From assembly GCA_037441705.1 (NCBI GenBank), contig JBBIRR010000004.1, forward strand, positions 39,241-103,240: DNA of 64,000 nt, written 5' to 3'. Within the stretch, counting starts at the first letter, position 1. Each line of letters begins with the position of its first letter. Made by a program: the position numbers and the translations under genes. The notes under the pieces are model-generated. The model was given only the letters and a program-made list of their open reading frames with translations. It was not told the origin of the DNA and searched no databases. This stretch comes from Ignavibacteriales bacterium. GTDB taxonomy: Bacteria > Bacteroidota > Ignavibacteria > UBA10030 > UBA6906. Of this stretch, positions 11,401 to 20,540 are shown one piece after another.

Positions 11401-11454
11401 CGTCTGCATGCAGGCGAGGTCGTGGAAATTCGCAAGATGATGTTGGTGAAATAA
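8416..11454 (+). CDS. T9SS-secreted BNR/YCF48-like beta-propeller protein with two Ser/Thr-rich Ig-like repeats and a choice-of-anchor D-like domain
   Basis: Many S/T-x-D-G-G-x-T-W Asp-box repeats; two (S/T)PNGGE-W repeats; C-terminal LSQNYPNPFNPST...KMMLVK. Confidence 0.85.
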   Translation: MNKPLLVCLAVLFALTQTKADGFYSVHSADGNAVWAVGNGGTVFRSLDGGVTWMSMVQGSSAFRSVYAFGNTVWMVGDEGKVYASTDGGATFDQKNLVGTTNLMRVLFVDSLTGWIAGASGTLLKTTDGGTLWSPVSLGTSETITSLVFVDALTGYLGGTNGLMMKTVNGGTSWTSVGGSGWTKTITAIAASGTTVYVTGKDAFCMKSNDAGSTWLPLNFMTDAQSDVNDVFVRNATEAFFVGGGGYIRQTTSGGASFDWRRHGLHSPLNDIFFFNNQKGWACGEKTNVVLRTTDGGTTWLMPQGTTTSAVWVQKLSVSATVRGNAFSISAFNKNTIYCALGTRVYVSYNRGETWTQIATMPSGGTKVNSFYVSPKDTNLWVAAYGAPDRIVRSTDRGVSWTVTMTRDFSEYGMPLEMDGSHPDTLYFGPEDGRFYRSTDFGSTWTEVSVPGFRSPCDIVVVRDKPEVIWVGDGVTGSGQGQMFRSGDGGRTFQLIYSTTGSEIPTVAGSSLDNTLGYATAWGSGGVTKTVDFGLSWSSVASTSSTWGVDIAKDDPNVVMYGVYGGATSYLSSNAGATFSTSSLSGSNYAILAYDRGTFLAQQSGGIYKYTFTYTVPTSSQQALNLTSPNGGENWSYGTTRNITWTATNVANVKIEYKTSPTAAWQTIIASTPGSTGSYAWSIPNSPTTRSEEQISDASDANPIDSSDNPFTISVAAFSAQPNPVNFGNVPVGTRASRTVTISNAGTAALVVTSVVASDPTFAVSRSSFTIPAGQSDTIQLHFSPTIVGSISGEMQFHCNVPGSPMIISVSGSGTTAASISVITPNGGEMWRAGTTETISWSATALTTVAISYKTSPTASWQNIAQGVPASSGSYAWLVPNSPTTQARVMITDEPSGTVVDSSDAFFAILGPTSVTEGGIPTSFELSQNYPNPFNPSTVIAYGLPKDVMVSLKVYNMIGQEIATLVNERQPAGRYAVSFNTQTLGFNLSSGMYFYRLHAGEVVEIRKMMLVK

Positions 11455-11467
11455 TCAGTTGTACTCC

Positions 11468-11504
11468 AAAGGGGTCCCGACAGGAATGCCGGGACTCCTT
11501 TTTT
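11468..11504 (+). terminator. Intrinsic terminator
   Basis: GGGGTCCCG/CGGGACTCC stem followed by TTTTTT. Confidence 0.75.
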
Positions 11505-11534
11505 CTTTGCTTTCTATTTTCAGGAGGTATATCA

Positions 11535-12359
11535 GTGACGCGCAAAAAGGTTGGCGTGATTTCCCTTCTCATGCTCGCGGTGTTTTGTGGATTCGAAATC
11601 TATCATCAAACCGGCATGGTGCACGCAACGCGCAAGAACGGGTACGGCTGTCTCTGTCACGGCTTTGACCCTTCGGACAGCGTTCGCGTGTGGATCACCG
11701 GTCCGGATTCGCTCCGCCCGGGTGAACAAGCAACGTACTTCATCAACATTGCGCGGCAGCCAAACATTGCCGCAGGGTTCAATGTTGCGGCGTATCGGGG
11801 ATCGCTCGGCATCGCCGATTCTCAGTGGACGCAATTGCTGACCGAATCGCCGGGGGTTGACAGTCTCGAATTGACGCACACATGGCCCCGGCCGGGTAAC
11901 GGCAGGGATACAATCTCGTGGGCCTTTTTCTACAAAGCCCCGACGACAATCGGCATGATCGATACGCTGTATGCCGTCGGCAACTCCGTGAATCTCGACA
12001 CGCTGCCGGATCCTCCCGGCGATGCGTGGAACTTTAGTCCGAATTTTGCCGTACGCGTTGTACCGTCAACGTCGGTAAACGTGACGGAGACGCCCGGCAC
12101 ATTCCAGTTGTTCCAGAATTATCCGAATCCGTTCAATCCAACCACGACGATTCGGTATGCGCTTGCGTCGAGATCGCGTGTTACGTTGAAGGTGTACAGC
12201 GTCCTTGGGAAAGAAGTCGCGACGCTGGTCAACGACGTGAAGCCGGCCGGCACGCACACCGTTCAGTTTCATGCAGCGAGCTTTTCGAGCGGCATCTACT
12301 TCTATGAATTGAACGTCGGCGATGCCGTCCTGACGAAAAAGATGCTGCTGCTTCGGTGA
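11535..12359 (+). CDS. T9SS-secreted Reeler/choice-of-anchor V-like protein with CxCH motif
   Basis: RBS AGGAGG + GTG; signal peptide; GYGCLCH; ELTH; C-terminal QNYPNPFNPTT...KMLLLR. Confidence 0.75.
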   Translation: MTRKKVGVISLLMLAVFCGFEIYHQTGMVHATRKNGYGCLCHGFDPSDSVRVWITGPDSLRPGEQATYFINIARQPNIAAGFNVAAYRGSLGIADSQWTQLLTESPGVDSLELTHTWPRPGNGRDTISWAFFYKAPTTIGMIDTLYAVGNSVNLDTLPDPPGDAWNFSPNFAVRVVPSTSVNVTETPGTFQLFQNYPNPFNPTTTIRYALASRSRVTLKVYSVLGKEVATLVNDVKPAGTHTVQFHAASFSSGIYFYELNVGDAVLTKKMLLLR

Positions 12360-12390
12360 GTGCTTGCGAAGCCGCGGCGGATGCGTTTCG

Positions 12391-12419
12391 TTGACTTTCA
12401 GATGGCTTTTGGTTACACT
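12391..12419 (+). promoter_or_regulatory. sigma70-type promoter for the S41 peptidase operon
   Basis: TTGACT-N17-TACACT. Confidence 0.6.
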
Positions 12420-12490
12420 CAGATTGAAACGTGTGAGTTGCCGTTGTGGCAGAGTATCGTTTGGATGAGAAAAAATTCATGGGGAGTGTT

Positions 12491-14104
12491 ATGAGGAAGC
12501 GTTTCTCGCTGTTGACCGTGAGTATGCTCGTGGTGGTGAGCCTGCTTGCGGGCTCAGTCCTGAACCGGCTGATCTCGGGTGATACCATCTACGACCAGAT
12601 CAACAAGTTCAAGGACGTGTTGAGCATGGCGCAGAAGGTGTACGTCGAGGATGTTGATACGGGCAAGCTGACGGAGGCGGCGATTCGGGGCATGTTGGGT
12701 GAGCTGGATCCCCATTCGGTGTACATTCCTGCATCCGAGATGCAAAGGATCAAGGAAGATTTTCAGGGAAGTTTCGAAGGCATCGGCATTGAGTTTGCCG
12801 TCTTGAACGACACGCTGGTTGTTGTCACGCCCATTGTCGGCGGACCGAGCGAAGCCCTGGGCATTGAAGCAGGCGACAAGATTGTGAAAATCAACGATAC
12901 GTCCGCCATCGGCATCACGCAGGACATGGTTCCCAAGAAGCTGCGCGGGCCGAAAGGTACCCGCGTGAAGGTCTCGATCTTCCGCGCGGGCATGAAGAAC
13001 TTGCTTGAGTTCGATATCGTGCGCGACAAGATTCCGCTCTACACGGTTGATGCCGCGTTCATGGTGAACGATGAGGTAGGCTACGTCAGCGTGACGCGGT
13101 TTTCGGCAACAACGCACACGGAATTTGTGGATGCTGTTTCCCGACTGAAGAAAGAGGGCATGAAGCGCCTCGTCCTCGATCTGCGCTTCAACGGCGGCGG
13201 CTATCTCGAACAGGCGTTCAAGATGGCGGACGAGTTGTTCCCGCGAGGAAAGAAGATCGTGTACACCAAGGGCCGCCGGCCGGAGTTTAACGAAGAGTAC
13301 GTCTCTTCCGGCTCCGCCCGCTTTGCCGACGTTGCGCTGGTCATTCTCGTCAACAATGCCTCTGCCTCGGCGAGCGAAATTGTTTCCGGTGCAGTGCAGG
13401 ATTGGGACCGCGGGTTGGTCGTCGGCGAAACCACTTTCGGAAAGGGATTGGTCCAGCGGCAGTATGATCTGCCCGACGGCTCCGGGTTCCGCATTACAAC
13501 CGCGCGGTACTACACGCCCAGCGGCCGTCTGATTCAGCGCCCGTTTGACGGCGATCGGAATCGCTATCAGCGCGAAGCCTTTGAGCGGAACGAGGAAGAG
13601 GGGGAGAACCTCACCCATACCGCAGAACAGGATTCATCCAAACCCAAGTTCAAGACTGCCGGTGGGCGAGTGGTGTACGGCGGCGGCGGCATCACCCCGG
13701 ATTACATCGTCAAGGCCGAGCGCCTCGGCGAGTACGCTGCCCAGCTGCGCATGAAGCAGGTCTATCTCGACTTCGCCAACAAGTATCTCGAAGCGAACGG
13801 CACAATGGTGCGGAGGCTGTATCGCGATGCTCGCGAGTTTACGGAGAAGTTTCAGGTTGATGCCTCGATGCTGGAAACCGTGAACGCGATTGCGAAGGCA
13901 AAAGGTGTGCAGTTCAACCAGCAAACGTACGACAAGGATGTGCGCTTTGTGAAGTTGCTGGCAAAGGCGGCGATTGCAAAATCCTTGTGGGGCAACGCGG
14001 GACAGGCGCGCGTGATGTTGCAAGACGACATTCAGTTCAAGAAGGCCATAAGCTTGTTTCCCGAAGCCGAAAAAATCTCGAAGAGTCTGACAAGCTTAAA
14101 GTGA
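12491..14104 (+). CDS. S41 family C-terminal processing peptidase (CtpA/Prc-like)
   Basis: LDPHS, PDZ GIGI, DLRFNGGG, SASASEIVSGAVQD, TFGKG. Confidence 0.92.
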   Translation: MRKRFSLLTVSMLVVVSLLAGSVLNRLISGDTIYDQINKFKDVLSMAQKVYVEDVDTGKLTEAAIRGMLGELDPHSVYIPASEMQRIKEDFQGSFEGIGIEFAVLNDTLVVVTPIVGGPSEALGIEAGDKIVKINDTSAIGITQDMVPKKLRGPKGTRVKVSIFRAGMKNLLEFDIVRDKIPLYTVDAAFMVNDEVGYVSVTRFSATTHTEFVDAVSRLKKEGMKRLVLDLRFNGGGYLEQAFKMADELFPRGKKIVYTKGRRPEFNEEYVSSGSARFADVALVILVNNASASASEIVSGAVQDWDRGLVVGETTFGKGLVQRQYDLPDGSGFRITTARYYTPSGRLIQRPFDGDRNRYQREAFERNEEEGENLTHTAEQDSSKPKFKTAGGRVVYGGGGITPDYIVKAERLGEYAAQLRMKQVYLDFANKYLEANGTMVRRLYRDAREFTEKFQVDASMLETVNAIAKAKGVQFNQQTYDKDVRFVKLLAKAAIAKSLWGNAGQARVMLQDDIQFKKAISLFPEAEKISKSLTSLK

Positions 14105-14952
14105 AGATCCCGTTGCACCTTCTCCCTTCACAGCCGGCCAGAACCTTTCGCGGCAGCGTATGGATGTGCGCTGCCGTTTTTGTGTTGATGCCGTTGCTTC
14201 TTTTTCGCGCCTCGAGCCAACCATCCAACGCCTCGTCGCAAGTTTTTCTCGAAGGCGAAGACCTTATCTACAACGTCCGCTACGGGCCTTTCGATCTCGG
14301 ACAGGTGCGGATCAAGACGGTGGCGAAAGTAGCGAAGAACAGTTCCATCGCCTACCGCGCCATTGCCTACATCGATTCCTACAAGAGCATCCCGTTTGTC
14401 AACCTTCACGCTGTGTTCGAGAGCATAATTGATGCCGGTGTCTTTTCACATTATTTTCTTGGAAAGAGTCGGGATGGCGAATACTGGTCGTTTGGCCGTT
14501 ACTTCTACGATTACAACGCGCAGCGCGCGTATCTCGAATTCGGAGGAAGGGATACGGTCGTCGAGCAGCGCGATACGCTGGCGATCGACGGAAAAACGCA
14601 GGACGGGCTGTCGCTGTTCTTCTATGCGCGCGAACATCTCTTCGCGGGGACGCGCCACCGCATCCCGGCGATTGTCAAAGAGAAGAAGGTGTACACCTTT
14701 ATCGACTTCTACAAAAAGAGAAAGAGCGTGGAGGTGGATTTCATAGACTACCCTGTCGATGTTGTCGGATTTGAAGGGACGATGGAGTTTACCGGCATCT
14801 TTGGACTGACCGGAGATTTCGAGGGCTGGTTCAGCAACGATAGCGCGCGGGTTCCCATCGTTGCGAAGATGAAGGTTATCCTCGGCAGCGTCACGATCGA
14901 GCTGATGAAGTGGACCAGAGCGGGCTGGACACCGCCCCGAGGGCAGGAGTAG
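14101..14952 (+). CDS. DUF3108-like exported protein
   Basis: GTG overlapping the upstream stop; GEDLIYNVRYGPFDLG; WFSND..RVPI; exact start uncertain. Confidence 0.7.
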   Translation: MKIPLHLLPSQPARTFRGSVWMCAAVFVLMPLLLFRASSQPSNASSQVFLEGEDLIYNVRYGPFDLGQVRIKTVAKVAKNSSIAYRAIAYIDSYKSIPFVNLHAVFESIIDAGVFSHYFLGKSRDGEYWSFGRYFYDYNAQRAYLEFGGRDTVVEQRDTLAIDGKTQDGLSLFFYAREHLFAGTRHRIPAIVKEKKVYTFIDFYKKRKSVEVDFIDYPVDVVGFEGTMEFTGIFGLTGDFEGWFSNDSARVPIVAKMKVILGSVTIELMKWTRAGWTPPRGQE

Positions 14953-14955
14953 ATC

Positions 14956-15462
14956 ATGACCGTCATTCCCTATAACGGCGTTTCGCCCTCCATTCATCCG
15001 ACGGCATTTGTTGCCGAAGGTGTACAGCTCATCGGCAGTGTCCGCCTTGCCCAGGAGGCAAGTGTCTGGTTCAACGCCGTCGTGCGGGGCGACATCAACA
15101 GTATCGAAATCGGCGAGCGGACGAATATTCAGGACTGCTCGGTTCTCCACGTGACGCACGAGTTTCCTGTACGGATTGGGAAGGATGTGACGATCGGGCA
15201 TCGGGTGATTGCCCACGGATGCACCATCGGCGATTGCTGTCTCATCGGCATGGGCGCGGTGGTTCTCGATAATGCGCGGATCGAACCATTCTCGCTCGTT
15301 GCTGCGGGTGCTGTGGTGCTGCAGAACTTTGTTGTCCCGGAGGGCATGCTCGCGGCAGGCGTTCCGGCGAAAATCATTCGTCCGCTGACGGCAGAGGAGA
15401 AGCAGCAGATCAAAGAATCGGCGCAGCATTACGTGGAGTACGCGAGAGGATATCGTTCGTGA
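14956..15462 (+). CDS. Gamma carbonic anhydrase family (YrdA-like) hexapeptide-repeat protein
   Basis: VWFNAVVRGD, TNIQD..VLH, TIGH...HGC. Confidence 0.92.
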   Translation: MTVIPYNGVSPSIHPTAFVAEGVQLIGSVRLAQEASVWFNAVVRGDINSIEIGERTNIQDCSVLHVTHEFPVRIGKDVTIGHRVIAHGCTIGDCCLIGMGAVVLDNARIEPFSLVAAGAVVLQNFVVPEGMLAAGVPAKIIRPLTAEEKQQIKESAQHYVEYARGYRS

Positions 15463-16355
15463 AATTGAAGTTTTGGGGAACACGAGGTTCCATTCCGACT
15501 CCCGGCAAGAACACCGTCCGCTACGGCGGCAATACGCCGTGCGTTGAAGTGCGATTGCGCGACAACAGACTGGTTATCTTCGATGCCGGGACGGGAATCC
15601 GTGAGCTGGGGGAAGCGCTTATGGCAAAAGGGGAGTCGGTCAACGCGTACGTCCTGATCGGCCACCCGCACTGGGATCACATCCAGGGATTTCCCTTCTT
15701 CAAGCCGGCATTCATTTCGGGCAACGAGCTGACGGTGATCGGCGCGCAATCGAAGAACGTCACGCTGCGCCAGATGATCGCCGATCAGATGAATAAAATC
15801 TACTTTCCCATTCAGCTCAACGAGCTGAAAGCGAGGATCAACTTCCACCCCGTGCGCGAAGGCAGGATGCAAATCTACGACGCGGAACTCTCTTCGATCT
15901 ACGTCAACCATCCCGCATTTGCTCTTGGCTACCGGCTGGATGTTGCCGGACGTTCGTTGGTGTATATCAGCGACAACGAGCCGTTCGACCGCGAGGTTGC
16001 CCGCTCGCTCAAGAACGTCGAGAAGGTTATTACGGACAAGTACGCCGAGGGCAAGGGCGATCCCAACCAGCGTGTGTTCGACTTCGCGCGCGGTGCGGAT
16101 ATTCTGATTCACGATGCAACCTACACGCCCGAGGAGTATGTGAACCGCGTGGGCTGGGGGCACTCTCACTATCTCTTCACGTTGAAGGTGGCCGCCGAAG
16201 CGCAGGTGAAGAAGCTCATCCTTTTTCATCACGATCCATCACACAGCGACGATAAGATTGATGAGATTGTGGAGACGTGCAAGAAGGAAGTGAAAACGCG
16301 CGGCTATCGGTTCGACTGTCTTGCCGCGGAAGAAGGGATGGAGTTGCAATGGTGA
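15459..16355 (+). CDS. MBL-fold metallo-hydrolase
   Basis: FWGTRGSIP, YGGNTPC, HPHWDHIQG, GWGHS, FHHDP. Confidence 0.9.
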   Translation: MKLKFWGTRGSIPTPGKNTVRYGGNTPCVEVRLRDNRLVIFDAGTGIRELGEALMAKGESVNAYVLIGHPHWDHIQGFPFFKPAFISGNELTVIGAQSKNVTLRQMIADQMNKIYFPIQLNELKARINFHPVREGRMQIYDAELSSIYVNHPAFALGYRLDVAGRSLVYISDNEPFDREVARSLKNVEKVITDKYAEGKGDPNQRVFDFARGADILIHDATYTPEEYVNRVGWGHSHYLFTLKVAAEAQVKKLILFHHDPSHSDDKIDEIVETCKKEVKTRGYRFDCLAAEEGMELQW

Positions 16356-16370
16356 GTGCCGGCACGAGGC

Positions 16371-16399
16371 TTGACTATCACTCGGATGCTCTATATATT
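16371..16399 (+). promoter_or_regulatory. sigma70-type promoter of the cold-shock gene
   Basis: TTGACT-N17-TATATT. Confidence 0.65.
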
Positions 16400-16445
16400 G
16401 GCGCAAGTTCGTTGTTCACCATCATCTCACAAACGCGGAGCCGGA

Positions 16446-16646
16446 ATGGAACGAGGTCGGGTCAAATGGTTTGATGCGAAAAAGGGGTTTGGTTTTATCG
16501 AACGTCAGTCCGGCGGCGATATCTTCTTCCACATCTCCGGCCTGCGCGACAAAGCGCTCACGACGGTGCCGAATGGTGCCGCCGTGGAGTTCGATGTTGT
16601 GGAGGGGAAGAAGGGTCCACAGGCAACGAATGTGACTGTCGTATGA
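16446..16646 (+). CDS. Cold-shock protein
   Basis: GRVKWFDAKKGFGFI, DIFFHIS, GKKGPQATNV. Confidence 0.95.
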   Translation: MERGRVKWFDAKKGFGFIERQSGGDIFFHISGLRDKALTTVPNGAAVEFDVVEGKKGPQATNVTVV

Positions 16647-16670
16647 AGCATCATCACGGCAGAGAGTGAG

Positions 16671-16716
16671 AAACCCCGGATGACCGCGTGTGCAAAGAAT
16701 CATCTCGGGGTTTTGT
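16671..16716 (+). terminator. Possible terminator after csp
   Basis: AAACCCCGGATGA...TCATCTCGGGGTTTT inverted repeat with a large loop. Confidence 0.45.
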
Positions 16717-16737
16717 TATCTTATCCATGAGCGAACC

Positions 16738-17247
16738 ATGTCCTTCACCTTCACGCCGTCCGACTTCAAGAAGATTGGGAAATTGCTGAATGCTGTCCCG
16801 CGTTCGATGGGTTCACACTATCGCTACGACGTGGCGGGGAAAGATCCCCACAGGAAACTTGCGCTGGAAATCTATCCGCAGATCAGAATCGGCAAGGACA
16901 AGGGGAATCTGGTGTCGGTGTACACGGAATCCTCGCACCTGCAGTTGCATTTCTGCTCCGGCTATGTCCTGAGCGAGATGCTGGGAGAAGTGACGTTCGT
17001 CGGCGAGTACAACGGCAAGTTGAGCGGCCTGATTGTTGAACGCGAAGGAGGCTGTTCACTCTATGCCAACGTGGATCGAACATTGTTGTCGGGGGATTTT
17101 ACCCAGCTCGGTCCGGAGGTAATGCTCTCGGGCATTGCGCTTTCGCTCACGGACACGATTCTCGAATCACCGGGTGCACCACGGAAGGTGCAGGAGAGCG
17201 AGCGCAAGAGCGGAAAGATGCGCAAACGCGCGGCAAGGTCGCGTTGA
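16738..17247 (+). CDS. Hypothetical protein, first gene of the ybeY-smg-topA run
   Basis: ATG 16738; its stop overlaps the ybeY start; protein-like composition. Confidence 0.7.
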   Translation: MSFTFTPSDFKKIGKLLNAVPRSMGSHYRYDVAGKDPHRKLALEIYPQIRIGKDKGNLVSVYTESSHLQLHFCSGYVLSEMLGEVTFVGEYNGKLSGLIVEREGGCSLYANVDRTLLSGDFTQLGPEVMLSGIALSLTDTILESPGAPRKVQESERKSGKMRKRAARSR

Positions 17248-17678
17248 TGACGGAGGTAGCCGTTATCAACGCGCATCATCGGTACCGCATACGCCGACGC
17301 ACCGTTGAAGCGTACGTGCGCAAGGTGATGGGAACGAGGAGAGGAAGGATTTCTGTTGTATTCATTGACTCTCGACGGTGCAGGACACTCAACAGACAAT
17401 TCTTGCACCACGATGACGTAACGGATGTAATCACCTTTCCGCTGGAAACCGGGAAGGTGCTGGAAGGGGAGATTTATGTGAATCTCGACCGGGCACGCCA
17501 GCAGGCACGAACCTATCGCGTGAGCGTTGCAGAGGAGACCGCCCGGCTTGTCGTGCACGGCGTTCTTCACCTTCTGGGATATGACGACCGGAGTGCGCAC
17601 GCGGCAAAGCGTATGACCCGCGTGCAGGAACGGCACGTCCGGTTCTGGTTTCCTCACACACAAAGGAACGACACATGA
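17247..17678 (+). CDS. ybeY: rRNA maturation endoribonuclease YbeY
   Basis: TDVITF, GEIYV, HGVLHLLGYDD. Confidence 0.93.
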   Translation: MTEVAVINAHHRYRIRRRTVEAYVRKVMGTRRGRISVVFIDSRRCRTLNRQFLHHDDVTDVITFPLETGKVLEGEIYVNLDRARQQARTYRVSVAEETARLVVHGVLHLLGYDDRSAHAAKRMTRVQERHVRFWFPHTQRNDT

Positions 17679-18130
17679 AAGAACGGGTTGTAGAAATTCT
17701 CATGTACTTGATGTCCGAAATCGAGGCGAACAAGCGCTTGAGCGAGGTGAATCTTGATGACCTCACCAGCCGAGGCTACACGCAGTCGGAAATCAGCGCG
17801 GCATTCAGCTGGCTGTACGACAACATGCCGATGCACGAGGGCAAAGTGGAGCTGCACGCGCGGCCATCGGGCTCCTCGCGCCGCCAGCTTCATCAAGCGG
17901 AAAAGATGCTCCTGACCACCGATGCGCAAGGCTACCTGATGCAGCTCTTCGAACTGGGGTTGCTGGATGCCGCCGACTTCGAACAGGTGATTGAACGGGC
18001 GATGCTCTCGGGATTCGAGAAACTCTCGCTGCAGGAAATTCAGGAACTTGCCGCCGCCGTCATCTTTGCAAAACCGCGGAGAGGCGAGGGAGGGCACTCA
18101 TTGCTTAACAACAACGAGACGATTCATTGA
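17675..18130 (+). CDS. Smg/DUF494 family protein
   Basis: EILMYL, GYTQSEISAAFSWL, EQVIERAM; typical position upstream of topA. Confidence 0.85.
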   Translation: MKERVVEILMYLMSEIEANKRLSEVNLDDLTSRGYTQSEISAAFSWLYDNMPMHEGKVELHARPSGSSRRQLHQAEKMLLTTDAQGYLMQLFELGLLDAADFEQVIERAMLSGFEKLSLQEIQELAAAVIFAKPRRGEGGHSLLNNNETIH

Positions 18131-20520
18131 TGGCGAAGCGAACGGCAAAATCTTCGACTCCCAAACCAACCAACGGCACACCCACGGATGAGGTTGTGAA
18201 ATCGCCCGCGCCCAAACGGCGCAAGCGCGTCGGTCTCCCGGACGATGTGCCCCAGGGGGCAAAGCTCATCGTCGTCGAGTCTCCGTCAAAGGCCAAGACG
18301 ATCAACAAGTATCTGGGAAATGAGTACGTCGTCGAAGCGTCCGTCGGTCACATCAAGAATTTGCCCAAGAGTAAGTTGGGGGTAGATGTCGAGAACGGCT
18401 TTGCACTCTCGTACGAAACCATCAAGGGCAAGGAAGAGGTGATCGAACGACTGCGGCAGCATGCGGCGAAAGCTTCCTCGGTGTATCTTGCCACCGATCC
18501 CGATCGTGAAGGGGAGGCGATTGCCTGGCATCTTGCGAAGGAGATCGAAGAGAAGAATCCGAACATCTACCGCGTCCTGTTTCATGAAATCACCGATCGG
18601 GGAATTGCCGAGGCGATGCAAAACCCGCAGCGCATCAACGAACGGCTTGTGGATTCGCAGCAGGCGCGGCGGGCGATGGACCGCCTGGTCGGCTACAAGG
18701 TAAGTCCCTTCTTGTGGAAGACGTTTTATTACGGCGTCCTCTCCGCAGGCCGCGTGCAGTCCGTTGCCGTGCGTTTGATCTGCGAGCGCGAAGAAGCGAT
18801 CAACTCTTTCATTCCCGAGGAATACTGGTCCATCGTCGGCGAGTTCCGCGTAGGCAGCGGCGATCCGTTCTTTGCCAAACTCTTCAAGGTTGCCGGGGCA
18901 GACCCGAAGATTAGCGACAGAACGACCGCAGAAGGCTATGTGACGGATATCCGCAAGCAGGCCTTTCGCATCGCCGACGTTCAGCGCAAACCCGTCAAGC
19001 GCAATCCTCCGGCGCCGTTCATCACGAGCACATTGCAGCAGGAGGCTGCCCGGCGCTTGCGCTTCAACGCCAAGCGGACGATGATGCTTGCCCAGAAGCT
19101 GTACGAGGGCGTGGACCTCGGCGACGAGGGGCGCGTTGGGTTGATCACGTACATGCGAACGGATTCGACACGCTTGAGTGAAGATGCCGTGCGTGAGGTG
19201 CGGGAGTACATTTTCAGCAATTACGGCAAGGAATACGTCCCCGAAGCACCGCGGCAGTTCAAGAAAGGGAAAAGCTCACAGGATGCACACGAGGCAATCC
19301 GCCCGACGTCGTTGAAGTTCACGCCGAAATTCGTCAAGCGCTTCCTCGAGAAGGACATGTATGAATTGTATGAGCTGATCTGGAACAGGTTTGTTGCCTG
19401 CCAGATGGCTCCAGCCGTGTTCGAGCAAACGACGGTGGATATTCTCGGAGGTGACTATTTGTTCCGCGCGACCGATTCGCTTCCAAAGTTTCGCGGCTTC
19501 CTGCAGGTGTACGACGATGTTGTGGACGAGACGGAGAAGGAGGCTGAGGCGGACGAGGATCCGAAATCAAGTCTGCCGCCAAACCTGAAAGCAGACGAAC
19601 GCGCCGAGCTGACGAATGTGATCCCCAATCAACATTTCACCAAACCGCCGGCTCGCTACACGGACAGCTCATTGATCAAAGAACTGGAAGCGTTAGGCAT
19701 CGGGAGGCCGAGTACCTACGCGCTGATTGTGGATACGATACAGGCACGCAAGTATGTCGAAGCGCGGGACAGGCGGCTGTACCCGACCGAGTTAGGCAAA
19801 GAGGTCAACCGAGTGCTCGTCAAAAGTTTTCCGCACATCATCAATGTGGCTTTCACCGCGAAGATGGAAGATGAGCTTGAGACGATTGCGACGGGCGAGC
19901 GAACGTATCTTCAAGTGATGGAAGATTTCTACCACCCGTTCATCCGCGACGTCGAGCGGGTGGAGAAAACTGCGTCCGTGATCAAGAAGTCGCTGCAGGA
20001 AACAACGGACGAGCTGTGCGAGGTGTGCGGCAAGCCGATGATTATCAAATGGGGCCGTAACGGACGGTTCATGGCCTGCAGCGGGTATCCTGCGTGCAAG
20101 AACACGAAGCCGTTGAAGGAGGAACAGGATGCAACGAAGCACGTCGTTGGCGTGAAGTGTGAAGTGTGCGGTGCCGACATGGTGGTGAAGGGCGGGCGCT
20201 TCGGCGCGTTCCTCGGCTGCTCGAATTATCCGACCTGTACCTACACCCGGCCCATTGGCATCGGCGTGAAGTGCCCCAAGTGTTCCACGGGTGATGTCAT
20301 CGAACGGAAAACGAAACGCAAGCGAACGTTCTACGGCTGTTCTCGGTATCCGGATTGCGATTTCGCATCCTGGGATCGGCCGGTGGCGCGGACGTGCGAC
20401 ACCTGCGGCAACCCGTACATGGTGGTGAAATCAACCCAAACACGTGGCGAGTTTCTGCTGTGCCCCTCCTGCAAGGCGGAAGTTGCCAAGGAAGAAGTGA
20501 GTGCCGAGCTTGCCACGTAA
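18130..20520 (+). CDS. topA: DNA topoisomerase I
   Basis: IVVESPSKAKTI, DPDREGEAI, SAGRVQS, ITYMRTDS, C-terminal Cys4 zinc ribbons. Confidence 0.97.
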   Translation: MAKRTAKSSTPKPTNGTPTDEVVKSPAPKRRKRVGLPDDVPQGAKLIVVESPSKAKTINKYLGNEYVVEASVGHIKNLPKSKLGVDVENGFALSYETIKGKEEVIERLRQHAAKASSVYLATDPDREGEAIAWHLAKEIEEKNPNIYRVLFHEITDRGIAEAMQNPQRINERLVDSQQARRAMDRLVGYKVSPFLWKTFYYGVLSAGRVQSVAVRLICEREEAINSFIPEEYWSIVGEFRVGSGDPFFAKLFKVAGADPKISDRTTAEGYVTDIRKQAFRIADVQRKPVKRNPPAPFITSTLQQEAARRLRFNAKRTMMLAQKLYEGVDLGDEGRVGLITYMRTDSTRLSEDAVREVREYIFSNYGKEYVPEAPRQFKKGKSSQDAHEAIRPTSLKFTPKFVKRFLEKDMYELYELIWNRFVACQMAPAVFEQTTVDILGGDYLFRATDSLPKFRGFLQVYDDVVDETEKEAEADEDPKSSLPPNLKADERAELTNVIPNQHFTKPPARYTDSSLIKELEALGIGRPSTYALIVDTIQARKYVEARDRRLYPTELGKEVNRVLVKSFPHIINVAFTAKMEDELETIATGERTYLQVMEDFYHPFIRDVERVEKTASVIKKSLQETTDELCEVCGKPMIIKWGRNGRFMACSGYPACKNTKPLKEEQDATKHVVGVKCEVCGADMVVKGGRFGAFLGCSNYPTCTYTRPIGIGVKCPKCSTGDVIERKTKRKRTFYGCSRYPDCDFASWDRPVARTCDTCGNPYMVVKSTQTRGEFLLCPSCKAEVAKEEVSAELAT

Positions 20521-20540
20521 TCCAAGGGACACGTGGTGTG

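Noticed and set aside
8416-11454. Photosystem II assembly factor (YCF48) or a DNA repeat array
   Set aside because: These are generic Asp-box propeller repeats in a T9SS cargo protein, degenerate at the DNA level
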